The notes below the pieces were generated by a model, which saw nothing but the letters and a program-made list of their open reading frames with translations, ran no database searches and was not told the DNA's origin. A DNA stretch of 64,000 bases from Octopus sinensis. Taxonomy: Eukaryota. Shown here piece after piece: positions 51,286 to 64,000 of this stretch. Positions within the stretch are counted from its first letter, which is position 1. Every line of letters begins with the position of its first letter. Made by a program: the position numbers and the translations under genes. The stretch lies in the NCBI RefSeq assembly GCF_006345805.1, contig NC_043025.1, positions 10,602,001 through 10,666,000 of the forward strand, written 5' to 3'.

Positions 51286-53887
51286 CATATATCAAACTAT
51301 CTATATATCTAACTGACATCGGCTGTCCGTCGTAAGTCGATGTTGACGGCTCTTTTCAGAAAAAAGGGCTTCCCATTAAGGCGTTGTCACTGGTCCTTGA
51401 AAATGGACCCCACGGAAACTTGCACAACTGTGTGAGACTACTGATACTTAGAGCCCTGTGTGCAAATCTGTATCATGTTTGTAAAACAATCTTAGCAACA
51501 TGTTACATTTATTTAAAGTTAGGCTATTTTTACGAGAAGTTTTTCGTTTGATCACTGTCTATTACAAAGTGAAAGCAATAATATTACGACGCAGTTTTAT
51601 TAAACAAAATGAAAGTAAAATGTCACAACGAAAATTATGAATTGCTTTACTATAATTCAATGAATAAATTCATGTGAATCGGTAAAACAGGTATGTAATT
51701 GATTTAATAAGGAAACGTCCTTAAAAGTCTTTGCGAAAATTTACGCAAAAAGACCAAATCGATAATACATGAGGGTATTGGACAGGATTTAAGGTTAGGA
51801 TTTAGGATAGGTTTAGGGTTTAGTGTTAGAGCCGACGTTACTGCAAGGTTTTGGAGTTAAGGATAGGATTAGAGTTAAGATCAAGATGATGTTAAGAAAA
51901 ATATTGAAAACATTTGTATAAATTGCTAGAGGGTGTATGAATTCAATTTTTCACGTAACCAATTTTTTGTATTAGGCAAGTAAACAGTAAATTTTGTCTA
52001 ATGGTTACTCGGCATGTTTGTATGAAACAGTTTTGTGTGAATTGAAAGCAAAGTAGATTTTTTCGTTTGACTATTTGTTTTTTTAACTATATTCATTGAT
52101 GTAGTCTGGCAGCCGTTTTGTGTCATGAAATTTTAGTTTAAATGGTTGCTTTGATATTAGATTTACTTATGTTTATGTCCAAATTTCGGAAACCAAATTT
52201 ATGAAACCAAATTTCGGACATCAAATTTATGAAAACATATTTTTGAAACTAAATTTATGAAACCACATTTATGAATCCAACGAAGCCAAATTAGGAATCC
52301 AATGAAACCAAATTTACGAATCCAAATTTATGAAAACAAATTTAAGAAATCAAATTTATGAATCCAACAAAACCAAATTTACGAATCCAATGAAACCAAA
52401 TTTACGAATCCAACAAAACCAAATTTACGAATCCAATGAAACCAAATTTACGAATCCAAATTTATGAAATCAAATTTCTGAATCTAAATTTCTAAACCGT
52501 ATATATTTTACTTTTGTAAATATTTTGACTGCACGTCTAGTGTAACATTAATTTATTTCTTCATTATATATTTGTTTTGTATGTAGGGTGTTTGTGTACG
52601 CTGAAGCTTAATTGCTAATTACATTTTAAAAAAACTTGATGTGCTGCTGTTTTGGGTTCAGCCCATCATTGTTGTTTGTGTAAATTCGGGCGATGGCCAC
52701 CAGGTCGTAACAGCATCCATCAATTCATCTATCCATCCATCGATCCATCGATCCATCGATCCATCCATCCATCTATACATCCATCTATCCATCCATCCAT
52801 CCATACATACATCCATACATCCATACATATCTATGTATGTATCTTCTGTCGCTGCATTGACTCTATTCTTAATATTATTTTCTCGATTGCATATTTCTGG
52901 CTTTTACGTTTGGTCCTTCTTTGCACCCTGTATATCCGTTTCACTTCTCAGAACTCGAACAATAATAGTGAAAGCTAGTAAACCGTGACATTTGATGTCC
53001 TTATATGGTGTATATATATATATATATATATATATAGTTAATCCAAACAAGAAAGCACAAAAAACACAACAACGCAAGGACGTGGAACAAATATAGTATT
53101 ATTGGACGCTCAGGAAAGAAGGAAAGAAGGAGGGTTTGACGTTTCGAGCGGAGTTCTTCGTCGGAAACATAGGAGAAGGAAAGATCCAGAGAAGGTAAGA
53201 CAGAGGGAAAAAAATCGCCAACGGTACACACGCGGTCATATATATATACTAACCTCCTGATAACCCCAAAATCATTCATGCATAAAGGGGAAGTATACAC
53301 CACATTGGCTACTTCTTCTGTTCTCTCAGTTCAGCCTTTCTGCTAATACTGACAGGTCAGTAAAAACATACTTAAAATATTCTGAGATGTACAAAAAATC
53401 CATTTTAATTTTTGCTGTCAAAACGCTGTATATATATACCAAAGATTGTATATATATACATGTAATGTGACAATTTGCGACAACCAATAATTAACGCAAC
53501 CAATTCACAATAATATATTTGTTTTATCCTTTTCTGCCAAATTTTCCCAAATAGTCTCATCACACTATTGAACTTCTCTGTTACCAAACACTATATTTAT
53601 ACATGTAATGTGACAATTATGTATAAAAAAACATTTTTGAATTCATAATATCCAATGTGACAATTATGTAAAAAACTTTTTTGAATGCATAATATTCAAT
53701 GTGACAATTATGTAAAAAACTTTTTTTGAACCCATAATATCCAATGTGACAATTATGTAAAAAACTTTTTTTGAACCCATATTATTCAATGTTTCCTTAA
53801 ATGTAACTTTTGACAATCTTTTACCAAAGAGTGAAACCGGTTAAGTAAATAAACATCGTTTAAATTGCATTTTCAAACCTTTTTTCT

Positions 53888-53942
<55 letters not shown>

Positions 53943-54405
53943 ACCATTAAAACAGGAGTGAGTATATGATTATTAAGCATATATGTGCGTATAAAGCACA
54001 CATATACACACATACATATACACACATACATATACACACACCATATCTGAATAGTATATGAATTTATATTCCACACAAATTTCTCTCATATGCATATAAA
54101 AATATTACTGCACAGCGATGACAATTTTGACATAGAACTCTGTGGGGTGGGGTGTATAGTAAAGGCGTTCTCATTATTGCATAACAAATATGTGTGTTTG
54201 GGTATGTGTATGAGCAGACTTGGATTTGTGTATATAATATTTACATATTTCTTCGAAGGTCACAGTGGAATATCGAATCTACCTTTGAGCGTACGACAGC
54301 GGTGTCTAACAGTTCTGCATTTACGAGTCACACAAAAATAGATAAAAAGTAGAAAAAGAAGAAACATAAGAACAATTTCATAGCAAAATATTCTAACAAA
54401 TAAGG

Positions 54406-54407
<2 letters not shown>
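51281..54407 (-). repeat. Duplicon copy 3, inverted
   Basis: Reverse complement of 45977-47865 with an expanded aaattt subrepeat (52170-52490) and an insert at ~53030-53900. Confidence 0.9.
53036..53228 (-). mobile_element. Penelope-like pLTR fragment in (TA)n with degenerate hammerhead (53134-53168)
   Basis: Minus strand guuu-CCGACGA-AGAACUCCGCUC-GAAAC-GUC-aaac. Confidence 0.5.
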
Positions 54408-54488
<81 letters not shown>

Positions 54489-54497
54489 GTCTATCTG

Positions 54498-54557
<60 letters not shown>

Positions 54558-54635
54558 ATAATATAAAATACATGCATATATACATACATATATGTACCTA
54601 CCTACATATATATGTATATATACATGCATATATGT

Positions 54636-55126
54636 GTACAGGACATAAAAAACGTGGACACAATGAGAAACGAAAATATAAAACACAAACATAGTAAATG
54701 AACATTTTTTCGAACAACGAAAAAAACAGAGACACTGGACATGCAGCATAAAGGACATTCCCTTCATCAGTTATCCCCCGTTTCATCTACTCCGCGTTTC
54801 GAGGTTTAACAGCCCTCGCCGTTTGTTTTTACTGTCTCGTTCTCACTGTCCCGTTTTTGTTACCACTTTCACCCACCGCAAAATATCTCAAATTTTATTT
54901 AATTTGCTTTGCGGGAAGGACTGTTTTAACAAAGTCGCGTCTTGTTCTTACCTTCGTGACGCGGAACAGATAAAACAGGGGACAACTGATGAAGGGAATG
55001 TTCTTTATGTTGCATGTCTCATTTCTCTGTTTGTTTTTTTCGTTGTTCGAAAAAAGATCGTTTACTATGATTTTGTTTTTATGTTTACGATTCTCATTGT
55101 GTCTATGTGTTTTTTATGTCCTGTAC
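54636..55126. mobile_element. Fold-back element with ~165-bp imperfect TIRs
   Basis: gtacaggacataaaa...cttcatcag...ccgcgt mirrored by acgcgg...ctgatgaag...ttttatgtcctgtac; one arm end also at 43715-43791. Confidence 0.8.
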
Positions 55127-55129
55127 CAA

Positions 55130-55172
<43 letters not shown>

Positions 55173-55699
55173 TAAAATCTTTGGTTGATCCTATGTATAT
55201 GGCTGTAGAGTTGTGTAATAGATTTAGGGCCGCCCATTTGTAAATTACATTATATCTTCTGGAATGGGTTTGTAACGTGCAGATGGTTCCAGTACGATAA
55301 ACATAGTAAATGTGCAACACTCACCAACCACATACATTATGTCAAAAATACAAATATACCCTATACTTTATCATGGTCCATATTGGATTAAGAGATTCCC
55401 CACCAACGCCAACGCTCAACCTGCAAGGTTTGCCTGAAAGAAGCACTTCACATATTAGAGCACAACACTTCAACACTGCTAAACAAACATAATAAGGCAC
55501 TAAGCACATGCAACCACCGCTTTTGTCACACATTCAGATTCTACCACAAATCCAAATGCCTAAACGACAACACATTATATTTACACAATACCCCCTTAGG
55601 TAATCCCTAATAACCTTATAATTCTACATTTTAACTCCTAATCCTTACCTAACTCCTCTTTCATACTTGATTATCACAATCATTTAATTATATTTGTAA

Positions 55700-56097
55700 A
55701 ACTATATACGTATGCATGCATGTATGTATGTATGCATGTATGTATGTATGTATCTATGTACGTACGTATGTATGCATGTATGTATGTATGCATTGTTGTA
55801 TGTATGCATGTATGTATGTATGTATGTATGCATGCATGAGTGGTATATGTACACGCGTGTGCAGGTGTGATAATACATACAGATACATCTATATATGAGT
55901 GTGTGTATATACATATACGTATGCGTACGTGTTGTATATATATGTGTACGTGTGTACGTGTGTACGTGTGTTATATATGTGTATATATATATATTTATGT
56001 ATATATATATATATATACATACACATATATGTGTGTATGTATGTGTATGTATGTGTTTATATGCATATATGTGCATGTCTGTATACGTATATAGGTG

Positions 56098-56142
<45 letters not shown>

Positions 56143-56560
56143 GTACATATATATGTGTGTGCGTGTATATACGTGTGCATGTATGCATATATGAGCATGC
56201 AAGTGGATACATGTGAATATATATGATTATAGGTATAGATGTATAATATAAGCACGGATTTATATATGAGTTTCTGCGGATATAGATATATTTACACATA
56301 CCTGCCTCTGTGTGTGTACGTATATATCCGCATGTGCGTATGTATATGTATACACTCACATACATTTATACGCTTGTGCGAGCCTGCATGCATGCATCTA
56401 CGTATGCAAGGAATTTCTTTATATATGCAAAAATTAGATACAAATAAGCGTGTACATACGTGAATGCATGTGACATACCAGAGTTTTGTATGCGCATGTA
56501 TGTGTTGATGTGTGTAAATGTCTATATACATTTTTGAATATATACATGTGTATACATCTT
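55700..56560. repeat. (TATG/TA/TG)n low-complexity tract
   Basis: Direct inspection. Confidence 0.9.
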
Positions 56561-57393
56561 CACAGATATACATTCTTCTACTACTCTTCACTGACCTGTC
56601 CTTTAAGCAACCTAACCTATATTCCCAAATTCTTTATTCCACCATTTTACTACACCTACCCTATCTCTCTACTCTTCACACTTCTACCATAACATACCTC
56701 ACACGCCTTTACTCTTTATCCAATCATCTCTTTACCCTCTCATCTCTTTCTCTGTCTGTCACCTTCACCTCTCTCTTCCTTCTATCATTTTATCCTGACT
56801 GACCACAAGCCAGCGCACATTCTGTCTCTTAATTTCCTTATTATCTCTCTCCCACTTTATTCTCTCTTCGTTTTTACCATTATTTAGTTCCAATGGCGCT
56901 TACATAGCAACTCATAGACCTGCTCCACCCACTGACATGTTTCAGAGACAAGCTAGGTCAAGATATTCAGAGCCAATATGGGTCAGAGGCCCAGGAATGT
57001 GGAAGCGCCATGATCTCAAGCGCAAGCAGAAAACCCCCCAAAGTGTTCAATGGCCCTCCTTACACGTCGGATTTAATACTGGAGTGTCCTTCTCCTAGAG
57101 ATATGCTTCAGCATAAGCTAAGAGAAAACCAACCCCGAAATTCTGAGGTTCCATGCTATTGCTAGGTAGTCATTGAACACACAGTTGGTTTATCTGTCCC
57201 TTTGCAAGGTTTGTTTTTTAGTCCTGCTAGGTCTTTATCAAACCTCTTCACCAGATAAACCTAGTAAGAGTGGTGGTTTAATCACTGGCGACCTGGCGAA
57301 GAAACAAGTTGTACTAGATTCCATGTTAGCAGTATAAATTATGAGAAACCTTGCAAGTGACCTGGCATGTATATGACATATATACATGCATAA

Positions 57394-57429
<36 letters not shown>

Positions 57430-57900
57430 CACACACACACACACACACAGAAACACACACACATACACACACACAGACAAACACACATATACATATGTGA
57501 CAGTTTCAAAATTGAATACAAGAAGGGCAAAGAAACGAACGGAAAATTCATACATAAGAGATAGACAGGCTGTTTCCTCGTCAGTTATCGTCCAAAAATC
57601 ATTAAAATTTCACTTCTTCAACGATAATATTGTTCGCCTTTTCTGGCGTCAAAAGCGAAAGTGTGCTGGGAATAACGAGCCAACTAGCCCGGTACAATTA
57701 GTGGGTATGAATATAAATATATATCAACAAAACATACAAACATAAATATGGAAAACAACATAAAAGACGTACTGTTCTGAGACAGACATGAGGCCAGACG
57801 CGTATAATTAACACAATGTAAAATGATAGGAATGACTACTAGAGACTTCAGTATTGGATTGAAACATTTGCTATTTTTACTTTGTTATTCTCTTTTACAG

Positions 57901-58005
57901 AAAGCGGTCATTGACGGAGCTACAGCGGTACATATTCTAAAATTGGAACGACGTTCAGCGACGAAACTGTAAATGAGAATAGTCACATGGACAGCTACTG
58001 ACGTG
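57901..58005 (+). other. Probable exon upstream of the repeat ORF (ATG 57973: MRIVTWTATDV)
   Basis: Strong pyrimidine tract ctctcttttacag-like acceptor at 57900 and GTG|GTGAGT donor at 58006. A 105-nt intron to the AG at 58110 would join in frame. Confidence 0.55.
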
Positions 58006-58110
58006 GTGAGTGTGGTTGTAGCAGTGGACTAAGGGTGCGTGGTCGTAAGAGGAGAGGGCGACGGTTGTGGTGATTAATGTTTAGGAAGTGGTGGTGTAGT
58101 ATTACTATAG

Positions 58111-61100
58111 ATGGCGGATACTCCACGGAGAAGATATAATCAAAGAGGATACCAACGGGAGTCGGATGAGGAAACGGATACTAGTGATATAGATGAAACG
58201 GTCGACAACAGAGACGAAGAGGAGAGTAGTGAAGATGAACAGTCTGGATTTTTTGGATGGCTTGGTAGCGGAATACAAAGAGTGGCTAAAGGGGTGGGAG
58301 GGGCAGTTAGAGGAACAGTGGAATTGGATGGTAGCGTGGTGGAAAATGTTGCTCATGGGGTTGGATCAGTTGTTAGTCGTAGAGTTAGATCAGCTGCTAG
58401 AAGAGTGGAATTCGCTGGAAGAGAAGTGGCAAATGTTGCTTATGGAGTTGGATCAGTTGTTAGTGGTGGAGTTGGATTAGCTGCTAGTGGAGTGGAATTG
58501 GTTGGTAGCGTGGTGGAAAATGTTGCTCATGTGGTTGGATCAGTTGATAGTGGTACAGTTGGATTAGCTGCTAGTGGAGTGGGATTAGTCGATAGCGTGG
58601 TGGAAAATGTTGCTCATGTGGTTGGATCAGTTGATAGTGGTAGAGTTGGATTAGCTGCTAGTGGAGTGGGATTAGTCGATAGCGTGGTGGAAAATGTTGC
58701 TCATGGGGTTGGATCAGTTGTTAGTGGTAGAGTTAGATCAGCTGCTAGAGGAATGGAATTCGCTGGTAGAGGAGTGGCAAATGTTGCTTATGGAGTTGGA
58801 TCAGTTGTTAGTGGTGGAGTTGGATTAGCTGCTAGTGGAGTGGAATTGGTTGGTAGCGTGGTGGAAAATGTTGCTCATGGGGTTGAATCAGTTGCTAGTG
58901 GTAGAGTTAGATTAGCTGCTAGTGGAGTGGGATTAGTCGATAGCGTGGTGGAAAATGTCGCTCATGTGGTTGGATCAGTTGATAGTGGTAGAGTTGGATT
59001 AGCTGCTAGTGGAGTGGAATTGGTTGGTAGCGTGGTGGAAAATGTTGCTCATGTGGTTGGATCAGTTGATAGTGATAGAGTTGGATTAGCTGCTAGTGGA
59101 GTGGGATTAGTCGATAGCGTGGTGGAAAATGTTGCTCATGGGGTTGGATCAGTTGTTAGTGGTAGAGTTAGATTAGCTGCTAGTGGAGTGGAATTGGTTG
59201 GTAGAGGAGTGGCAAATGTTGCTTATGGGGTTGGATCAGTTGTTAGTCGTAGAGTTAGATTAGCTGCTAGTGGAGTGGAATTGGTTGGTAGTGGAGTGAC
59301 AAATGTTGCTCATGGAGTTGGATCAGTTGTTAGTGGTGGAGTTGGATTAGCTGCTAGTGGAGTGGAATTGGTTGGTAGTGGTGTGGCAAATGTTGCTTAT
59401 GGAGTTGGATCAGTTGTTAGTGGTGGAGATGGATTAGCTGCTAGTGGAGTGGGATTAGTCGATAGCGTGGTGAAAAATGTTGCTCATGGGGTTGGATCAG
59501 TTGTTAGTGGTAGAGTTGGATTAGCTGCTAGTGGAGTAGGATTAGTCGATAGCGTGATGGAAAATGTTGCGAATGGGGTTGAATCAGTTGTTAGTCGTAG
59601 AGTTAGATTAGCTGCTAGTGGAGTGGAATTCGCTGGTAGAGTGGTGGAAAATGTTGCTAATGGTGTTGGATCAGTTGTTAGTGGTGGAGTTGGATTAGCT
59701 GCTAGTGGAGTGGGATTAGTTGGTAGCGTGGTGGAAGATGTTGCCTATAAAATTGGATCAGTTGTTAGTGGTGGAGTTGGATTAGCTGCTAGTGGAGTGA
59801 CAAATGTTGCGAATGGGGTTGGAAGGGTTGCTAGTGGTGGAGTAGGATTGCTTAGTAGTGGAGTGAAATTAGTTGGTAGCGGGATGGAAAAAGTTGCGAA
59901 AGGTGTTGGGTGGGTTGCTAGCGGAGGAGTTGGATTAGTTGGTATTGGAGTTGGATGGGTTGCTAGTGGAGTTGGAAGGGTTGCTAGTGGAGTTGGAGGG
60001 GTTGCTAGTTGGGGAGTAGGATTGCTTAGTAGTGGAGTGGAATTAGTTGCCAATGGAGTTGGGTGGGTTGCTAGTGCTGCCGTTGGATCGCTTGATAGTG
60101 GAATGAAAAGTATTGCGAATGGCGTTGGGTGGGTTGCTACTGCTGCAGAAGGACTAATTAGAAGTGGAGTAGAAATCGTTGGAAGTGGAATAACAAATGT
60201 CGTGAATGCTCTGAGGTGGGTTACTAGTGGTGGGATGACTTCGTTGATGGGTAATTTGGGTGACCGGATTAGTGGTGGGCTAATCCTTTTCCTCAGTGAC
60301 ATGGCTTCATTATTTGGTAGTTTGGGTGACCGGATTAGTGGTGGGCTAATCCTTTTCCTCAGTGACATGGCTTCATTATTTGGTAATATAGGTGGTTCGA
60401 TTAGTGGTGGGCTAAACATTTTTCTCAGTGGCATGGCATCATTGTTTGGTAGTTTGGGTGACCGGATTAGTGGTGGGCTAAACGTTTTTCTAAGTGGCAT
60501 GGCATCATTGTTTGGTAGTTTGGGTGGTTGGATTAGTGGTGGGCTAACCGTTTTTCTCAGTGGCATGGCATCTTTGTATGGTAGTTTGGGTGGTTGGATT
60601 AGTGGTGGGCTAAACATTTTTCTCAGTGGCATGGCATCATTGTTTGGTAGTTTGGGTGGTTGGATTAGTGGTGGGCTAAACATTTTTCTCAGTGGCATGG
60701 CGTCATTGTTTGGTAGTTTGGGTGGTTGGATTAGTGGTGGACTAAACATTTTCCTCGGTGGCATGGCATCATTGTTTGGTAGTTTGGGTGGTTGGATTAG
60801 TGGTGGGCTAAACATTTTTCTCAGTGGCATGTCTTCATTGTTTGGTAGTTTGGGTGGTTGGATTAGTGGTGGACTAAACATTTTCCTCGGTGGCATGGCA
60901 TCATCATTGTTTGGTAGTTTGGGTGGTTGGATTAGTGGTGGGCTAAACATTTTTCTCAGTGGCATGTCTTCATTGTTTGGTAGTTTGGGTGGTTGGATTA
61001 GTGGTGGACTAAACATTTTCCTCGGTGGCATGGCATCATTGTTTGGTAGTTTGGGAGGTTGGATTAGTGGTGGGCTAAACATTTTCCTCGGTGGCATGGC

Positions 61101-64000
61101 ATCATTGTTTGGTAGTTTGGGTGGTTGGATTAGTGGTGGACTAAACATTTTCCTCGGTGGCATGGCATCATTGTTTGGTAGTTTGGGTGGTTGGATTAGT
61201 GGTGGACTAAACATTTTCCTCGGTGGCATGGCATCATTGTTTGGTAGTTTGGGTGGTTGGATTAGTGGTGGACTAAACATTGTTCTCAGTGGCATGGCAT
61301 CATTGTTTGGTAGTTTGGGTGGTTGGATTAGTGGTGGAATAAACATTTTCCTCGGTGGCATGGCATCATTGTTTGGTAGTTTGGGTGGTTGGATTAGTGG
61401 TGGACTAAACATTTTCCTCGGTGGCATGGCATCATTGTTTGGTAGTTTGGGTGGTTGGATTAGTGGTGGACTAAACATTTTCCTCGTGGCATGGCATCAT
61501 TGTTTGGTAGTTTGGGGGGTTGGATTAGTGGTGGACTAAACATTGTTCTCAGTGGCATGGCATCATTGTTTGGTAGTTTGGGTGGTTGGATTAGTGGTGG
61601 AATAAACATTTTCCTCGGTGGCATGGCATCATTGTTTGGTAGTTTGGGTGGTTGGATTAGTGGTGGACTAAACATTTTCCTCGTGGCATGGCATCATTGT
61701 TTGGTAGTTTGGGTGGTTGGATTAGTGGTGGACTAAACATTTTCCTCGGTGGCATGGCATCATTGTTTGGTAGTTTGGGTGGTTGGATTAGTGGTGGACT
61801 AAACATTTTCCTCGGTGGCATGGCATCATTGTTTGGTAGTTTGGGTGGTTGGATTAGTGGTGGACTAAACATTTTCCTCGGTGGCATGGCATCATTGTTT
61901 GGTAGTTTGGGTGGTTGGATTAGTGGTGGAATAAACATTTTCCTCGGTGGCATGGCATCATTGTTTGGTAGTTTGGGTGGTTGGATTAGTGGTGGAATAA
62001 ACATTTTCCTCGGTGGCATGGCATCATTGTTTGGTAGTTTGGGTGGTTGGATTAGTGGTGGGCTAAACATTTTCCTCGGTGGCATGGCATCATTGTTTGC
62101 TAGTTTGGGTGGTTGGATTAGTGGTGGACTAAACATTTTCCTCGGTGGCATGGCATCATTGTTTGGTAGTTTGGGTGGTTGGATTAGTGGTGGACTAAAC
62201 ATTTTCCTCGGTGGCATGGCATCATTGTTTGGTAGTTTGGGTGGTTGGATTAGTGGTGGAATAAACATTTTCCTCGGTGGCATGGCATCATTGTTTGCTA
62301 GTTCGGGTGGTTGGATTAGTGGTGGAATAAACATTTTCCTCGGTGGCATGGCATCATTGTTTGGTAGTTTGGGTGGTTGGATTAGTGGTGGACTAAACAT
62401 TTTCCTCGGTGGCATGGCATCATTGTTTGGTAGTTTGGGTGGTTGGATTAGTGGTGGACTAAACATTTTCCTCGGTGGCATGGCATCATTGTTTGGTAGT
62501 TTGGGTGGTTGGATTAGTGGTGGACTAAACATTGTTCTCAGTGGCATGGCATCATTGTTTGGTAGTTTGGGTGGTTGGATTAGTGGTGGAATAAACATTT
62601 TCCTCGGTGGCATGGCATCATTGTTTGGTAGTTTGGGTGGTTGGATTAGTGGTGGACTAAACATTTTCCTCGGTGGCATGGCATCATTGTTTGGTAGTTT
62701 GGGTGGTTGGATTAGTGGTGGACTAAACATTTTCCTCGGTGGCATGGCATCATTGTTTGGTAGTTGGGTGGTTGGATTAGTGGTGGACTAAACATTTTCC
62801 TCGGTGGCATGGCATCATTGTTTGGTAGTTTGGGTGGTTGGATTAGTGGTGGACTAAACATTTTCCTCGGTGGCATGGCATCATTGTTGGTAGTTTGGGT
62901 GGTTGGATTAGTGGTGGACTAAACATTTTCCTCGGTGGCATGGCATCATTGTTTGGTAGTTTGGGTGGTTGGATTAGTGGTGGAATAAACATTTTCCTCG
63001 GTGGCATGGCATCATTGTTTGGTAGTTTGGGTGGTTGGATTAGTGGTGGAATAAACATTTTCCTCGGTGGCATGGCATCATTGTTTGGTAGTTTGGGTGG
63101 TTGGATTAGTGGTGGACTAAACATTTTCCTCGGTGGCATGGCATCATTGTTTGGTAGTTTGGGTGGTTGGATTATTGGTGGAATAAACATTTTCCTCGGT
63201 GGCATGGCATCATTGTTTGGTAGTTGGGTGGTGGATTAGTGGTGGGCTAAACATTTTCCTCGGTGGCATGGCATCATTGTTTGCTAGTTTGGGTGGTTGG
63301 ATTAGTGGTGGAATAAACATTTTCCTCGGTGGCATGGCATCATTGTTTGGTAGTTTGGATGGTTGGATTAGTGGTGGAATAAACATTTTCCTCGGTGGCA
63401 TGGCATCATTGTTTGGTAGTTTGGGTGGTTGGATTAGTGGTGGAATAAACATTTTCCTCGGTGGCATGGCATCATGTTTGGTAGTTTGGGTGGTTGGATT
63501 AGTGGTGGAATAAACATTTTCCTCGGTGGCATGGCATCATTGTTTGGTAGTTTGGGTGGTTGGATTAGTGGTGGAATAAACATTTTCCTCGGTGGCATGG
63601 CATCATTGTTTGGTAGTTTGGGTGGTTGGATAGTGGTGGGCTAAATATTTTCCTCGGTGGCATGGCATCATTGTTTGCTAGTTTGGGGGTTGGATTAGTG
63701 GTGGAATAAACATTTTCCTCGGTGGCATGGCATCATTGTTTTGTAGTTTGGGTGGTTGGATTAGTGGTGGACTAAACATTTTCCTCGGTGGCATGGCATC
63801 ATTGTTTGGTAGTTTGGGGTGGTTGGATTAGTGGTGGACTAAACATTTTCCTCGGTGGCATGGCATCATCATTGTTTGGTAGTTTGGGTGGTTGGATTAG
63901 TGGTGGAATAAACATTTTCCTCGGTGGCATGGCATCATTGTTTGGTAGTTTGGGTGGTTGGATTAGTGGTGGACTAAACATTTGTCTCAGTGGCATGGCA
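58111..64000 (+). CDS. Giant Gly/Val/Ser-rich amphipathic repeat protein: acidic N-terminus, about 17 x 29-aa repeats, heptad transition zone, then more than 50 x 22-aa repeats. Uninterrupted ORF 58111-61539; apparent frameshifts beyond
   Basis: 1142-codon ORF without stops through non-identical repeat copies. Variation is synonymous (GGA/GGG, TTC/TTT) or conservative (L/I, G/S, F/Y), with an in-frame TCA insertion at ~60901. Unique N-terminal 60 aa. ATG directly after tag at 58110. Confidence 0.75.

Noticed and set aside
54760-54810. Hammerhead in the fold-back element (CTGATGAAG and GAAACGCG on minus strand)
   Set aside because: Motifs are in the wrong order with no pairable stem III or cleavage triplet
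59745-63996. Pro-rich minus-strand ORFs (MFSPPLIQPPKLPNND repeats)
   Set aside because: Antisense shadow of the Gly-rich repeat; synonymous variation and the unique N-terminus favour the + frame

Overview
Eukaryotic, repeat-saturated genomic DNA, almost certainly from an octopus (judged from recognisable tRNA-derived SINE families and (GATA)n/(TA)n/(AAT)n microsatellite density; inference). Two protein-coding loci can be supported. (1) A complete 7-coding-exon + strand gene, 16871-35194, reconstructed by hand. All introns are GT-AG, all phases match, and the 1311-nt CDS encodes 436 aa. It has an N-terminal TIR (TIR_2-type) domain retaining the catalytic-position Glu, a central segment resembling the Cbl EF-hand-like subdomain, and C-terminal HEAT repeats. 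(2) A giant Gly/Val/Ser-rich repeat ORF from 58111, built of 29-aa and then 22-aa amphipathic-helix units. It runs off the window; the frameshifts after 61.5 kb look like sequencing errors. Between them lie a 100-N gap, a 2-kb (GAA)n tract and an ~11-kb rearranged region. That region holds an inverted segmental duplication whose left arm carries Tx1/L1-type LINE pieces inside a (GATA)n array that is empty in the right arm. The rest is RTE and CR1 LINE ends, SINEs (several as head-to-tail body arrays), non-autonomous Helitrons, MITEs, minisatellites and two minimal hammerhead-ribozyme motifs. Most ORF-track entries are microsatellite artefacts.
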